Shown piece after piece: positions 62,521 through 64,000 of a stretch of 64,000 bases of DNA. The position numbers and the translations under genes were made by a program. The notes beneath the pieces were generated by a model. That model ran no database searches. It saw nothing but the letters and a program-made list of their open reading frames with translations, and was not told the DNA's origin. The stretch's first letter is position 1. Each line of letters starts with the position of its first letter. The stretch comes from Octopus sinensis (Eukaryota), in NCBI RefSeq assembly GCF_006345805.1, contig NC_043003.1, positions 108,562,001 through 108,626,000 on the forward strand, read 5' to 3'.

Positions 62521-63089
62521 CATCACACGTTACTTTTTATTGTGGTCACTCTTGCTAACACAGATCTTCGCGTCTCTTGTGTTCTAATAATTATACAAAA
62601 ACTTTAATATTATTATTAGTCCCACACATATTCTCCAATAATTCTAGCACCCAAAATTATTTTACAGCAAGACTGTTTTACACAGAACATGTATGGGACT
62701 TTTTTTCACAAAATTAATTGGGTCCTTATATAAATGAATTATTATTGGAGTTGTTAGAGTTGATATTAAATGTTGTGATCCCTAAGAATTCAACTAGAAT
62801 GATGATACTTCTACACGCAATTTGAATTTTTAGTAGACAACCAAACCTATGCATTCTTGATGTTTATTTTATTATCTTTTATATGATGAGCTAAATAAGA
62901 ATGGCTTTTCATGCCCATAGCTTGCAATTGTTCCTTAAGAGTGCAAAGAGTAGTTGCCAGAGTAATAAGGTTTAGTGAGGGAAGTGCAGTAAATAGGGAA
63001 TTTAAAGTGTGCTAAAACAATCTGAAGGATTCAAAATTAAAACAATAAAAATTAAAACAATAAAAATACAACAATAACAATAATAATAA

Positions 63090-63670
63090 TAATCCTTTCT
63101 ACTACAGGCACAAAGCCTGAAACTTTTGGGGAAGGGACTAGTCGATTACATCAACCCCAGTACTCAACTGGTACTTAATTTATTGACCTCGAAAGGATGA
63201 AAGGCAAAGTCAACCCTGGCGGAATTTAAACTGAAAATGTGAAGAAGCAGAAGAAATGCTACAAAGCATTCTTCTGAAACTAATGGTTCTGCCAGTTCAA
63301 TACTTTAATAATTATAATTTTTAACATGATAAAAATTATTTATAACACAGGCGCTAGTCCTCGTTTCTTTTAGGGATGAGGTAAATAACATTGACCCTTC
63401 AGAAATTTTGGTAAAATCTGAAACCAGAATGCAAAGAAGGGAAACTAATAACTACTTTTAAACACTTTGGCATTCTACCGATTTTGACACATTTCTCACA
63501 TTAGCATAAGGTGTCAAATTTGGGTGGGAAGACTTACAGTTAGTATGATATACTAATATGTACTCTGATGAGATGGAAGACAAAACTGACATTAGCAAAA
63601 TTTGAACTTAATGTCAAAAGATAACTAAATACAGCAAATCAGTTTGTTTGGTACTTTATCAATCCTACCA
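63090..63670 (-). mobile_element. Head-to-tail array of about three Meta-type SINEs
   Basis: Clear copy at 63090-63305 followed by two older co-oriented copies. Confidence 0.65.
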
Positions 63671-64000
63671 CTTATATATTGGTATGAAGCCACAAATTCA
63701 TAAGAGGACTGTAACAGTCTGAATAAACTTCATTATATAACTGGTATTAATTTTCTGTCACAAAGAACCTCTGTTATCTTAATAATTTGGCTTGTGTCAT
63801 TTCAGCTTACCTGTGGGACTCTCAAACATGTCTCACACCTGGTGAGTGTGCACCTGTGATTGGAGTTAGCCTTCAGATACATGTCAGAGATTAAATTCAT
63901 GGAGGAATTGATTATCCTGACCATCAGGAAAATAGGACATAGCCTGGTACCATAAGCTCTATGGATCCTACATAAGGAACCAGAAATGGTAAAATAAATT

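Overview
AT-rich, repeat-dense animal genomic DNA. The SINE repertoire and microsatellite load resemble an Octopus (coleoid cephalopod) genome; this is an inference from recognition, not a search. Left part: a CsRn1/Boudicca-type Ty3/Gypsy LTR retrotransposon with a 5' LTR, an unusually long 42-nt tRNA-Trp PBS fused to a truncated gag, a -1 slippery site, a frameshifted pol and no 3' LTR. Also there: a CR1-group LINE 3' end, an intact tRNA-Arg(CCT) gene, a decayed Tc1 transposon and Penelope-like fragments. Right part (about 24-64 kb): the 3' end of a minus-strand gene whose last exon ends in the PDZ-binding motif DSWV (delta-catenin/p120 family), with a long putative 3' UTR and introns full of SINEs, MITEs and fold-back repeats. 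Most notable hidden signals: three minimal type-I hammerhead ribozyme motifs in Penelope-like sequence (two share a non-canonical CCGAAGA core), the half-tRNA-length PBS at a deletion junction, a LINE/SINE pair with a shared 3' stem-loop, and strongly co-oriented SINE arrays. All coordinates were read by eye; repeat boundaries are approximate.
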